Source: Lingula anatina
Lineage: Eukaryota > Animalia > Brachiopoda
Direction: 5' to 3'
Assembly: GCA_051362555.1 (NCBI GenBank)
Contig: JBPQGU010000016.1
Span: 3,348,001 to 3,412,000 of the forward strand
Length of the DNA: 64,000 nucleotides
Numbering within the stretch: position 1 is the first letter of the stretch; each line of letters opens with the position of its first letter. The notes under the pieces were generated by a model, which saw only the letters and a program-made list of their open reading frames with translations, was not told the origin of the DNA and searched no databases. The position numbers were made by a program, and so were the translations under genes. Shown here in pieces: positions 27,401-40,900 of the stretch.

Positions 27401-30400
27401 GAGAGGGGGGGTGGAGAGAGTTTTTGCTCTATTTCTTCCTTAATAATGACACAACCACTCTTCCAGCACTTTATTCTGACTTCAAATGACCAAACACACC
27501 TACCAGACACTATAATGAAGAAAAAAATTTTTCAACCCTACCTGGCCAAAATTGAAGAAAACTGCCATATCCGGACCTTACGAAAATCACTCAAAATCAC
27601 CCAAAAATGACCCGTCACCAAATTTTCCAAAAAGTGATGAAAATCAATCTACCACACCTGTCATTCATAAAAAATGTGGAAACGCGCCCGGATCACTTCA
27701 TTAAAGCCCCCAATTTCAGCTTTAAAGATGGCCAAAAAGCACACCTGAGAACAGGATTTGGAGAGAGGGGGGGTGGAGAGAGTTTTTGCTCTATTTCTTC
27801 CTTAATAATGACACAACCACTCTTCCAGCACTTTATTCTGACTACAAATGACCAAACACACCTACCAGACACTATAATGAAGAAAAAAATTTTTCAACCC
27901 TACCTGGCCAAAATTGAAGAAAACTGCCATATCCGGACCTTACGAAAATCACTCAAAATCACCCAAAAATGACCCGTCACCAAATTTTCCAAAAAGTGAT
28001 GAAAATCAATCTACCACACCTGTCATTCATAAAAAATGTGGAAACGCGCCCGGATCACTTCATTAAAGCCCCCAATTTCAGCTTTAAAGATGGCCAAAAA
28101 GCACACCTGAGAACAGGATTTGGAGAGAGGGGGGGTGGAGAGAGTTTTTGCTCTATTTCTTCCTTAATAATGACACAACCACTCTTCCAGCACTTTATTC
28201 TGACTACAAATGACCAAACACACCTACCAGACACTATAATGAAGAAAAAAATTTTTCAACCCTACCTGGCCAAAATTGAAGAAAACTGCCATATCCGGAC
28301 CTTACGAAAATCACTCAAAATCACCCAAAAATGACCCGTCACCAAATTTTCCAAAAAGTGATGAAAATCAATCTACCACACCTGTCATTCATAAAAAATG
28401 TGGAAACGCCGGATCACTTCATTAAAGCCCCCAATTTCAGCTTTAAAGATGGCCAAAAAGCACACCTGAGAACAGGATTTGGAGAGAGGGGGGGTGGAGA
28501 GAGTTTTTGCTCTATTTCTTCCTTAATAATGACACAACCACTCTTCCAGCACTTTATTCTGACTACAAATGACCAAACACACCTACCAGACACTATAATG
28601 AAGAAAAAAATTTTTCAACCCTACCTGGCCAAAATTGAAGAAAACTGCCATATCCGGACCTTACAAAAATCACTCAAAATCACCCAAAAATGACCCGTCA
28701 CCAAATTTTCCAAAAAGTGATGAAAATCAATCTACCACACCTGTCATTCATAAAAAATGTGGAAACGCGCCCGGATCACTTCATTAAAGCCCCCAATTTC
28801 AGCTTTAAAGATGGCCAAAAAGCACACCTGAGAACAGGATTTGGAGAGAGGGGGGGGTGGAGAGAGTTTTTGCTCTATTTCTTCCTTAATAATGACACAA
28901 CCACTCTTCCAGCACTTTATTCTGACTACAAATGACCAAACACACCTACCAGACACTATAATGAAGAAAAAAATTTTTCAACCCTACCTGGCCAAAATTG
29001 AAGAAAACTGCCATATCCGGACCTTACGAAAATCACTCAAAATCACCCAAAAATGACCCGTCACCAAATTTTCCAAAAAGTGATGAAAATCAATCTACCA
29101 CACCTGTCATTCATAAAAAATGTGGAAACGCGCCCGGATCACTTCATTAAAGCCCCCAATTTCAGCTTTAAAGATGGCCAAAAAGCACACCTGAGAACAG
29201 GATTTGGAGAGAGGGGGGGGTGGAGAGAGTTTTTGCTCTATTTCTTCCTTAATAATGACACAACCACTCTTCCAGCACTTTATTCTGACTACAAATGACC
29301 AAACACACCTACCAGACACTATAATGAAGAAAAAAATTTTTCAACCCTACCTGGCAAAATTGAAGAAAACTGCCATATCCGGACCTTACGAAAATCACTC
29401 AAAATCACCCAAAAATGACCCGTCACCAAATTTTCCAAAAAGTGATGAAAATCAATTCTACCACACCTGTCATTCATAAAAAATGTGGAAACGCGCCCGG
29501 ATCACTTCATTAAAGCCCCCAATTTCAGCTTTAAAGATGGCCAAAAAGCACACCTGAGAACAGGATTTGGAGAGAGGGGGGGTGGAGAGAGTTTTTGCTC
29601 TATTTCTTCCTTAATAATGACACAACCACTCTTCCAGCACTTTATTCTGACTACAAATGACCAAACACACCTACCAGACACTATAATGAAGAAAAAAATT
29701 TTTCAACCCTACCTGGCCAAAATTGAAGAAAACTGCCATATCCGGACCTTACAAAAATCACTCAAAATCACCCAAAAATGACCCGTCACCAAATTTTCCA
29801 AAAAGTGATGAAAATCAATCTACCACACCTGTCATTCATAAAAAATGTGGAAACGCGCCCGGATCACTTCATTAAAGCCCCCAATTTCAGCTTTAAAGAT
29901 GGCCAAAAAGCACACCTGAGAACAGGATTTGGAGAGAGGGGGGGTGGAGAGAGTTTTTGCTCTATTTCTTCCTTAATAATGACACAACCACTCTTCCAGC
30001 ACTTTATTCTGACTACAAATGACCAAACACACCTACCAGACACTATAATGAAGAAAAAAATTTTTCAACCCTACCTGGCCAAAATTGAAGAAAACTGCCA
30101 TATCCGGACCTTACGAAAATCACTCAAAATCACCCAAAAATGACCCGTCACCAAATTTTCCAAAAAGTGATGAAAATCAATCTACCACACCTGTCATTCA
30201 TAAAAAATGTGGAAACGCGCCCGGATCACTTCATTAAAGCCCCCAATTTCAGCTTTAAAGATGGCCAAAAAGCACACCTGAGAACAGGATTTGGAGAGAG
30301 GGGGGGTGGAGAGAGTTTTTGCTCTATTTCTTCCTTAATAATGACACAACCACTCTTCCAGCACTTTATTCTGACTACAAATGACCAAACACACCTACCA

Positions 30401-31228
30401 GACACTATAATGAAGAAAAAAATTTTTCAACCCTACCTGGCCAAAATTGAAGAAAACTGCCATATCCGGACCTTACGAAAATCACTCAAAATCACCCAAA
30501 AATGACCCGTCACCAAATTTTCCAAAAAGTGATGAAAATCAATCTACCACACCTGTCATTCATAAAAAATGTGGAAACGCGCCCGGATCACTTCATTAAA
30601 GCCCCCAATTTCAGCTTTAAAGATGGCCAAAAAGCACACCTGAGAACAGGATTTGGAGAGAGGGGGGGGTGGAGAGAGTTTTTGCTCTATTTCTTCCTTA
30701 ATAATGACACAACCACTCTTCCAGCACTTTATTCTGACTACAAATGACCAAACACACCTACCAGACACTATAATGAAGAAAAAAATTTTTCAACCCTACC
30801 TGGCCAAAATTGAAGAAAACTGCCATATCCGGACCTTACGAAAATCACTCAAAATCACCCAAAAATGACCCGTCACCAAATTTTCCAAAAAGTGATGAAA
30901 ATCAATCTACCACACCTGTCATTCATAAAAAATGTGGAAACGCGCCCGGATCACTTCATTAAAGCCCCCAATTTCAGCTTTAAAGATGGCCAAAAAGCAC
31001 ACCTGAGAACAATATTTGGAGAGAGGGGGGGGTGGGAGAGAGTTTTTGCTCTATTTCTTCCTTAATAATGACACAACCACTCTTCCAGCACTTTATTCTG
31101 ACTACAAATGACCAAACACACCTACCAGACACTATAATGAAGAAAAAAATTTTTCAACCCTACCTGGCCAAAATTGAAGAAAACTGCCATATCCGGACCT
31201 TACGAAAATCACTCAAAATCACCCAAAA

Positions 31229-31620
31229 ATGACCCGTCACCAAATTTTCCAAAAAGTGATGAAAATCAATCTACCACACCTGTCATTCATAAAAAATGTG
31301 GAAACGCGCCCGGATCACTTCATTAAAGCCCCCAATTTCAGCTTTAAAGATGGCCAAAAAGCACACCTGAGAACAGGATTTGGAGAGTTTTTGCCTCTAT
31401 TATTTTTCCTTAATAATGACACAACCACTCTTCCAGCACTTTATTCTGACATACACATGACCAAACACACCTACCAGACACTATAATGAAGAAAAAATTT
31501 TTCAACCACTACCACCTCCCCCCCCCCCCCATGGCCAAAATTGAAGAAAACTGCCATATCCGCGACCTTACGAAAATCACTCAAATCACCCACAAAATGA
31601 CCGTCACCAAATTTTCCAAA
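31229..31620 (+). other. Aberrant monomer: G-tract deletion, C13-containing insertion and several 1-bp indels (rearranged copy or low-quality assembly segment)
   Basis: TTTGGAGAGTTTTTG at 31379-31393 lacks 17 bp of the G/GA element. ACCTCCCCCCCCCCCCCA is inserted at 31514-31531. Confidence 0.85.
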
Positions 31621-31957
31621 AAGTGATGAAAATCAATCTACCACACCTGTCATTCATAAAAAATGTGGAAACGCGCCCGGATCACTTCATTAAAGCCCCC
31701 AATTTCAGCTTTAAAGATGGCCAAAAAGCACACCTGAGAACAGGATTTGGAGAGAGGGGGGGTGGAGAGAGTTTTTGCTCTATTTCTTCCTTAATAATGA
31801 CACAACCACTCTTCCAGCACTTTATTCTGACTACAAATGACCAAACACACCTACCAGACACTATAATGAAGAAAAAAATTTTTCAACCCTACCTGGCCAA
31901 AATTGAAGAAAACTGCCATATCCGGACCTTACGAAAATCACTCAAAATCACCCAAAA

Positions 31958-34900
31958 ATGACCCGTCACCAAATTTTCCAAAAAGTGATGAAAATCAATC
32001 TACCACACCTGTCATTCATAAAAAATGTGGAAACGCGCCCGGATCACTTCATTAAAGCCCCCAATTTCAGCTTTAAAGATGGCCAAAAAGCACACCTGAG
32101 AACAGGATTTGGAGAGAGGGGGGGTGGAGAGAGTTTTTGCTCTATTTCTTCCTTAATAATGACACAACCACTCTTCCAGCACTTTATTCTGACTACAAAT
32201 GACCAAACACACCTACCAGACACTATAATGAAGAAAAAAATTTTTCAACCCTACCTGGCCAAAATTGAAGAAAACTGCCATATCCGGACCTTACGAAAAT
32301 CACTCAAAATCACCCAAAAATGACCCGTCACCAAATTTTCCAAAAAGTGATGAAAATCAATCTACCACACCTGTCATTCATAAAAAATGTGGAAACGCGC
32401 CCGGATCACTTCATTAAAGCCCCCAATTTCAGCTTTAAAGATGGCCAAAAAGCACACCTGAGAACAGGATTTGGAGAGAGGGGGGGTGGAGAGAGTTTTT
32501 GCTCTATTTCTTCCTTAATAATGACACAACCACTCTTCCAGCACTTTATTCTGACTACAAATGACCAAACACACCTACCAGACACTATAATGAAGAAAAA
32601 AATTTTTCAACCCTACCTGGCCAAAATTGAAGAAAACTGCCATATCCGGACCTTACGAAAATCACTCAAAATCACCCAAAAATGACCCGTCACCAAATTT
32701 TCCAAAAAGTGATGAAAATCAATCTACCACACCTGTCATTCATAAAAAATGTGGAAACGCGCCCGGATCACTTCATTAAAGCCCCCAATTTCAGCTTTAA
32801 AGATGGCCAAAAAGCACACCTGAGAACAGGATTTGGAGAGAGGGGGGGTGGAGAGAGTTTTTGCTCTATTTCTTCCTTAATAATGACACAACCACTCTTC
32901 CAGCACTTTATTCTGACTACAAATGACCAAACACACCTACCAGACACTATAATGAAGAAAAAAATTTTTCAACCCTACCTGGCCAAAATTGAAGAAAACT
33001 GCCATATCCGGACCTTACGAAAATCACTCAAAATCACCCAAAAATGACCCGTCACCAAATTTTCCAAAAAGTGATGAAAATCAATCTACCACACCTGTCA
33101 TTCATAAAAAATGTGGAAACGCGCCCGGATCACTTCATTAAAGCCCCCAATTTCAGCTTTAAAGATGGCCAAAAAGCACACCTGAGAACAGGATTTGGAG
33201 AGAGGGGGGGTGGAGAGAGTTTTTGCTCTATTTCTTCCTTAATAATGACACAACCACTCTTCCAGCACTTTATTCTGACTACAAATGACCAAACACACCT
33301 ACCAGACACTATAATGAAGAAAAAAATTTTTCAACCCTACCTGGCCAAAATTGAAGAAAACTGCCATATCCGGACCTTACGAAAATCACTCAAAATCACC
33401 CAAAAATGACCCGTCACCAAATTTTCCAAAAAGTGATGAAAATCAATCTACCACACCTGTCATTCATAAAAAATGTGGAAACGCGCCCGGATCACTTCAT
33501 TAAAGCCCCCAATTTCAGCTTTAAAGATGGCCAAAAAGCACACCTGAGAACAGGATTTGGAGAGAGGGGGGGTGGAGAGAGTTTTTGCTCTATTTCTTCC
33601 TTAATAATGACACAACCACTCTTCCAGCACTTTATTCTGACTACAAATGACCAAACACACCTACCAGACACTATAATGAAGAAAAAAATTTTTCAACCCT
33701 ACCTGGCCAAAATTGAAGAAAACTGCCATATCCGGACCTTACGAAAATCACTCAAAATCACCCAAAAATGACCCGTCACCAAATTTTCCAAAAAGTGATG
33801 AAAATCAATCTACCACACCTGTCATTCATAAAAAATGTGGAAACGCGCCCGGATCACTTCATTAAAGCCCCCAATTTCAGCTTTAAAGATGGCCAAAAAG
33901 CACACCTGAGAACAGGATTTGGAGAGAGGGGGGGTGGAGAGAGTTTTTGCTCTATTTCTTCCTTAATAATGACACAACCACTCTTCCAGCACTTTATTCT
34001 GACTACAAATGACCAAACACACCTACCAGACACTATAATGAAGAAAAAAATTTTTCAACCCTACCTGGCCAAAATTGAAGAAAACTGCCATATCCGGACC
34101 TTACGAAAATCACTCAAAATCACCCAAAAATGACCCGTCACCAAATTTTCCAAAAAGTGATGAAAATCAATCTACCACACCTGTCATTCATAAAAAATGT
34201 GGAAACGCGCCCGGATCACTTCATTAAAGCCCCCAATTTCAGCTTTAAAGATGGCCAAAAAGCACACCTGAGAACAGGATTTGGAGAGAGGGGGGGTGGA
34301 GAGAGTTTTTGCTCTATTTCTTCCTTAATAATGACACAACCACTCTTCCAGCACTTTATTCTGACTACAAATGACCAAACACACCTACCAGACACTATAA
34401 TGAAGAAAAAAATTTTTCAACCCTACCTGGCCAAAATTGAAGAAAACTGCCATATCCGGACCTTACGAAAATCACTCAAAATCACCCAAAAATGACCCGT
34501 CACCAAATTTTCCAAAAAGTGATGAAAATCAATCTACCACACCTGTCATTCATAAAAAATGTGGAAACGCGCCCGGATCACTTCATTAAAGCCCCCAATT
34601 TCAGCTTTAAAGATGGCCAAAAAGCACACCTGAGAACAGGATTTGGAGAGAGGGGGGGTGGAGAGAGTTTTTGCTCTATTTCTTCCTTAATAATGACACA
34701 ACCACTCTTCCAGCACTTTATTCTGACTACAAATGACCAAACACACCTACCAGACACTATAATGAAGAAAAAAATTTTTCAACCCTACCTGGCCAAAATT
34801 GAAGAAAACTGCCATATCCGGACCTTACGAAAATCACTCAAAATCACCCAAAAATGACCCGTCACCAAATTTTCCAAAAAGTGATGAAAATCAATCTACC

Positions 34901-37900
34901 ACACCTGTCATTCATAAAAAATGTGGAAACGCGCCCGGATCACTTCATTAAAGCCCCCAATTTCAGCTTTAAAGATGGCCAAAAAGCACACCTGAGAACA
35001 GGATTTGGAGAGAGAGGGGGGGTGGAGAGAGTTTTTGCTCTATTTCTTCCTTAATAATGACACAACCACTCTTCCAGCACTTTATTCTGACTACAAATGA
35101 CCAAACACACCTACCAGACACTATAATGAAGAAAAAAATTTTTCAACCCTACCTGGCCAAAATTGAAGAAAACTGCCATATCCGGACCTTACGAAAATCA
35201 CTCAAAATCACCCAAAAATGACCCGTCACCAAATTTTCCAAAAAGTGATGAAAATCAATCTACCACACCTGTCATTCATAAAAAATGTGGAAACGCGCCC
35301 GGATCACTTCATTAAAGCCCCCAATTTCAGCTTTAAAGATGGCCAAAAAGCACACCTGAGAACAGGATTTGGAGAGAGGGGGGGTGGAGAGAGTTTTTGC
35401 TCTATTTCTTCCTTAATAATGACACAACCACTCTTCCAGCACTTTATTCTGACTACAAATGACCAAACACACCTACCAGACACTATAATGAAGAAAAAAA
35501 TTTTTCAACCCTACCTGGCCAAAATTGAAGAAAACTGCCATATCCGGACCTTACGAAAATCACTCAAAATCACCCAAAAATGACCCGTCACCAAATTTTC
35601 CAAAAAGTGATGAAAATCAATCTACCACACCTGTCATTCATAAAAAATGTGGAAACGCGCCCGGATCACTTCATTAAAGCCCCCAATTTCAGCTTTAAAG
35701 ATGGCCAAAAAGCACACCTGAGAACAGGATTTGGAGAGAGGGGGGGTGGAGAGAGTTTTTGCTCTATTTCTTCCTTAATAATGACACAACCACTCTTCCA
35801 GCACTTTATTCTGACTACAAATGACCAAACACACCTACCAGACACTATAATGAAGAAAAAAATTTTTCAACCCTACCTGGCCAAAATTGAAGAAAACTGC
35901 CATATCCGGACCTTACGAAAATCACTCAAAATCACCCAAAAATGACCCGTCACCAAATTTTCCAAAAAGTGATGAAAATCAATCTACCACACCTGTCATT
36001 CATAAAAAATGTGGAAACGCGCCCGGATCACTTCATTAAAGCCCCCAATTTCAGCTTTAAAGATGGCCAAAAAGCACACCTGAGAACAGGATTTGGAGAG
36101 AGGGGGGGTGGAGAGAGTTTTTGCTCTATTTCTTCCTTAATAATGACACAACCACTCTTCCAGCACTTTATTCTGACTACAAATGACCAAACACACCTAC
36201 CAGACACTATAATGAAGAAAAAAATTTTTCAACCCTACCTGGCCAAAATTGAAGAAAACTGCCATATCCGGACCTTACGAAAATCACTCAAAATCACCCA
36301 AAAATGACCCGTCACCAAATTTTCCAAAAAGTGATGAAAATCAATCTACCACACCTGTCATTCATAAAAAATGTGGAAACGCGCCCGGATCACTTCATTA
36401 AAGCCCCCAATTTCAGCTTTAAAGATGGCCAAAAAGCACACCTGAGAACAGGATTTGGAGAGAGGGGGGGTGGAGAGAGTTTTTGCTCTATTTCTTCCTT
36501 AATAATGACACAACCACTCTTCCAGCACTTTATTCTGACTACAAATGACCAAACACACCTACCAGACACTATAATGAAGAAAAAAATTTTTCAACCCTAC
36601 CTGGCCAAAATTGAAGAAAACTGCCATATCCGGACCTTACGAAAATCACTCAAAATCACCCAAAAATGACCCGTCACCAAATTTTCCAAAAAGTGATGAA
36701 AATCAATCTACCACACCTGTCATTCATAAAAAATGTGGAAACGCGCCCGGATCACTTCATTAAAGCCCCCAATTTCAGCTTTAAAGATGGCCAAAAAGCA
36801 CACCTGAGAACAGGATTTGGAGAGAGGGGGGGTGGAGAGAGTTTTTGCTCTATTTCTTCCTTAATAATGACACAACCACTCTTCCAGCACTTTATTCTGA
36901 CTACAAATGACCAAACACACCTACCAGACACTATAATGAAGAAAAAAATTTTTCAACCCTACCTGGCCAAAATTGAAGAAAACTGCCATATCCGGACCTT
37001 ACGAAAATCACTCAAAATCACCCAAAAATGACCCGTCACCAAATTTTCCAAAAAGTGATGAAAATCAATCTACCACACCTGTCATTCATAAAAAATGTGG
37101 AAACGCGCCCGGATCACTTCATTAAAGCCCCCAATTTCAGCTTTAAAGATGGCCAAAAAGCACACCTGAGAACAGGATTTGGAGAGAGGGGGGGTGGAGA
37201 GAGTTTTTGCTCTATTTCTTCCTTAATAATGACACAACCACTCTTCCAGCACTTTATTCTGACTACAAATGACCAAACACACCTACCAGACACTATAATG
37301 AAGAAAAAAATTTTTCAACCCTACCTGGCCAAAATTGAAGAAAACTGCCATATCCGGACCTTACGAAAATCACTCAAAATCACCCAAAAATGACCCGTCA
37401 CCAAATTTTCCAAAAAGTGATGAAAATCAATCTACCACACCTGTCATTCATAAAAAATGTGGAAACGCGCCCGGATCACTTCATTAAAGCCCCCAATTTC
37501 AGCTTTAAAGATGGCCAAAAAGCACACCTGAGAACAGGATTTGGAGAGAGGGGGGGTGGAGAGAGTTTTTGCTCTATTTCTTCCTTAATAATGACACAAC
37601 CACTCTTCCAGCACTTTATTCTGACTACAAATGACCAAACACACCTACCAGACACTATAATGAAGAAAAAAATTTTTCAACCCTACCTGGCCAAAATTGA
37701 AGAAAACTGCCATATCCGGACCTTACGAAAATCACTCAAAATCACCCAAAAATGACCCGTCACCAAATTTTCCAAAAAGTGATGAAAATCAATCTACCAC
37801 ACCTGTCATTCATAAAAAATGTGGAAACGCGCCCGGATCACTTCATTAAAGCCCCCAATTTCAGCTTTAAAGATGGCCAAAAAGCACACCTGAGAACAGG

Positions 37901-40900
37901 ATTTGGAGAGAGGGGGGGTGGAGAGAGTTTTTGCTCTATTTCTTCCTTAATAATGACACAACCACTCTTCCAGCACTTTATTCTGACTACAAATGACCAA
38001 ACACACCTACCAGACACTATAATGAAGAAAAAAATTTTTCAACCCTACCTGGCCAAAATTGAAGAAAACTGCCATATCCGGACCTTACGAAAATCACTCA
38101 AAATCACCCAAAAATGACCCGTCACCAAATTTTCCAAAAAGTGATGAAAATCAATCTACCACACCTGTCATTCATAAAAAATGTGGAAACGCGCCCGGAT
38201 CACTTCATTAAAGCCCCCAATTTCAGCTTTAAAGATGGCCAAAAAGCACACCTGAGAACAGGATTTGGAGAGAGGGGGGGTGGAGAGAGTTTTTGCTCTA
38301 TTTCTTCCTTAATAATGACACAACCACTCTTCCAGCACTTTATTCTGACTACAAATGACCAAACACACCTACCAGACACTATAATGAAGAAAAAAATTTT
38401 TCAACCCTACCTCTACCTGGCCAAAAATTGAAGAAAACTGCCATATCCGGACCTTACGAAAATCACTCAAAATCACCCAAAAATGACCCCGTCACCAAAT
38501 TTTCCAAAAAGTGATGAAAATCAATCTACCACACCTGTCATTCATAAAAAATGTGGAAACGCGCCCGGATCACTTCATTAAAGCCCCCAATTTCAGCTTT
38601 AAAGATGGCCAAAAAAGCACACCTGAGAACAGGATTTGGAGAGAGGGGGGGTGGAGAGAGTTTTTGCTCTATTTCTTCCTTAATAATGACACAACCACTC
38701 TTCCAGCACTTTATTCTGACTACAAATGACCAAACACACCTACCAGACACTATAATGAAGAAAAAAATTTTTCAACCCTACCTGGCCAAAATTGAAGAAA
38801 ACTGCCATATCCGGACCTTACGAAAATCACTCAAAATCACCCAAAAATGACCCGTCACCAAATTTTCCAAAAAGTGATGAAAATCAATCTACCACACCTG
38901 TCATTCATAAAAAATGTGGAAACGCGCCCGGATCACTTCATTAAAGCCCCCAATTTCAGCTTTAAAGATGGCCAAAAAGCACACCTGAGAACAGGATTTG
39001 GAGAGAGGGGGGGTGGAGAGAGTTTTTGCTCTATTTCTTCCTTAATAATGACACAACCACTCTTCCAGCACTTTATTCTGACTACAAATGACCAAACACA
39101 CCTACCAGACACTATAATGAAGAAAAAAATTTTTCAACCCTACCTGGCCAAAATTGAAGAAAACTGCCATATCCGGACCTTACGAAAATCACTCAAAATC
39201 ACCCAAAAATGACCCGTCACCAAATTTTCCAAAAAGTGATGAAAATCAATCTACCACACCTGTCATTCATAAAAAATGTGGAAACGCGCCCGGATCACTT
39301 CATTAAAGCCCCCAATTTCAGCTTTAAAGATGGCCAAAAAGCACACCTGAGAACAGGATTTGGAGAGAGGGGGGGTGGAGAGAGTTTTTGCTCTATTTCT
39401 TCCTTAATAATGACACAACCACTCTTCCAGCACTTTATTCTGACTACAAATGACCAAACACACCTACCAGACACTATAATGAAGAAAAAAATTTTTCAAC
39501 CCTACCTGGCCAAAATTGAAGAAAACTGCCATATCCGGACCTTACGAAAATCACTCAAAATCACCCAAAAATGACCCGTCACCAAATTTTCCAAAAAGTG
39601 ATGAAAATCAATCTACCACACCTGTCATTCATAAAAAATGTGGAAACGCGCCCGGATCACTTCATTAAAGCCCCCAATTTCAGCTTTAAAGATGGCCAAA
39701 AAGCACACCTGAGAACAGGATTTGGAGAGAGGGGGGGTGGAGAGAGTTTTTGCTCTATTTCTTCCTTAATAATGACACAACCACTCTTCCAGCACTTTAT
39801 TCTGACTACAAATGACCAAACACACCTACCAGACACTATAATGAAGAAAAAAATTTTTCAACCCTACCTGGCCAAAATTGAAGAAAACTGCCATATCCGG
39901 ACCTTACGAAAATCACTCAAAATCACCCAAAAATGACCCGTCACCAAATTTTCCAAAAAGTGATGAAAATCAATCTACCACACCTGTCATTCATAAAAAA
40001 TGTGGAAACGCGCCCGGATCACTTCATTAAAGCCCCCAATTTCAGCTTTAAAGATGGCCAAAAAGCACACCTGAGAACAGGATTTGGAGAGAGGGGGGGT
40101 GGAGAGAGTTTTTGCTCTATTTCTTCCTTAATAATGACACAACCACTCTTCCAGCACTTTATTCTGACTACAAATGACCAAACACACCTACCAGACACTA
40201 TAATGAAGAAAAAAATTTTTCAACCCTACCTGGCCAAAATTGAAGAAAACTGCCATATCCGGACCTTACGAAAATCACTCAAAATCACCCAAAAATGACC
40301 CGTCACCAAATTTTCCAAAAAGTGATGAAAATCAATCTACCACACCTGTCATTCATAAAAAATGTGGAAACGCGCCCGGATCACTTCATTAAAGCCCCCA
40401 ATTTCAGCTTTAAAGATGGCCAAAAAGCACACCTGAGAACAGGATTTGGAGAGAGGGGGGGTGGAGAGAGTTTTTGCTCTATTTCTTCCTTAATAATGAC
40501 ACAACCACTCTTCCAGCACTTTATTCTGACTACAAATGACCAAACACACCTACCAGACACTATAATGAAGAAAAAAATTTTTCAACCCTACCTGGCCAAA
40601 ATTGAAGAAAACTGCCATATCCGGACCTTACGAAAATCACTCAAAATCACCCAAAAATGACCCGTCACCAAATTTTCCAAAAAGTGATGAAAATCAATCT
40701 ACCACACCTGTCATTCATAAAAAATGTGGAAACGCGCCCGGATCACTTCATTAAAGCCCCCAATTTCAGCTTTAAAGATGGCCAAAAAGCACACCTGAGA
40801 ACAGGATTTGGAGAGAGGGGGGGTGGAGAGAGTTTTTGCTCTATTTCTTCCTTAATAATGACACAACCACTCTTCCAGCACTTTATTCTGACTACAAATG

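Larger units (their letters stand above)
1..31228. repeat. Variant-rich left domain of the array, with degenerate higher-order duplications
   Basis: Roughly half of the monomers carry a substitution or indel, and many variants recur at fixed monomer offsets (25, 20, 4, 3, 2). Confidence 0.85.
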
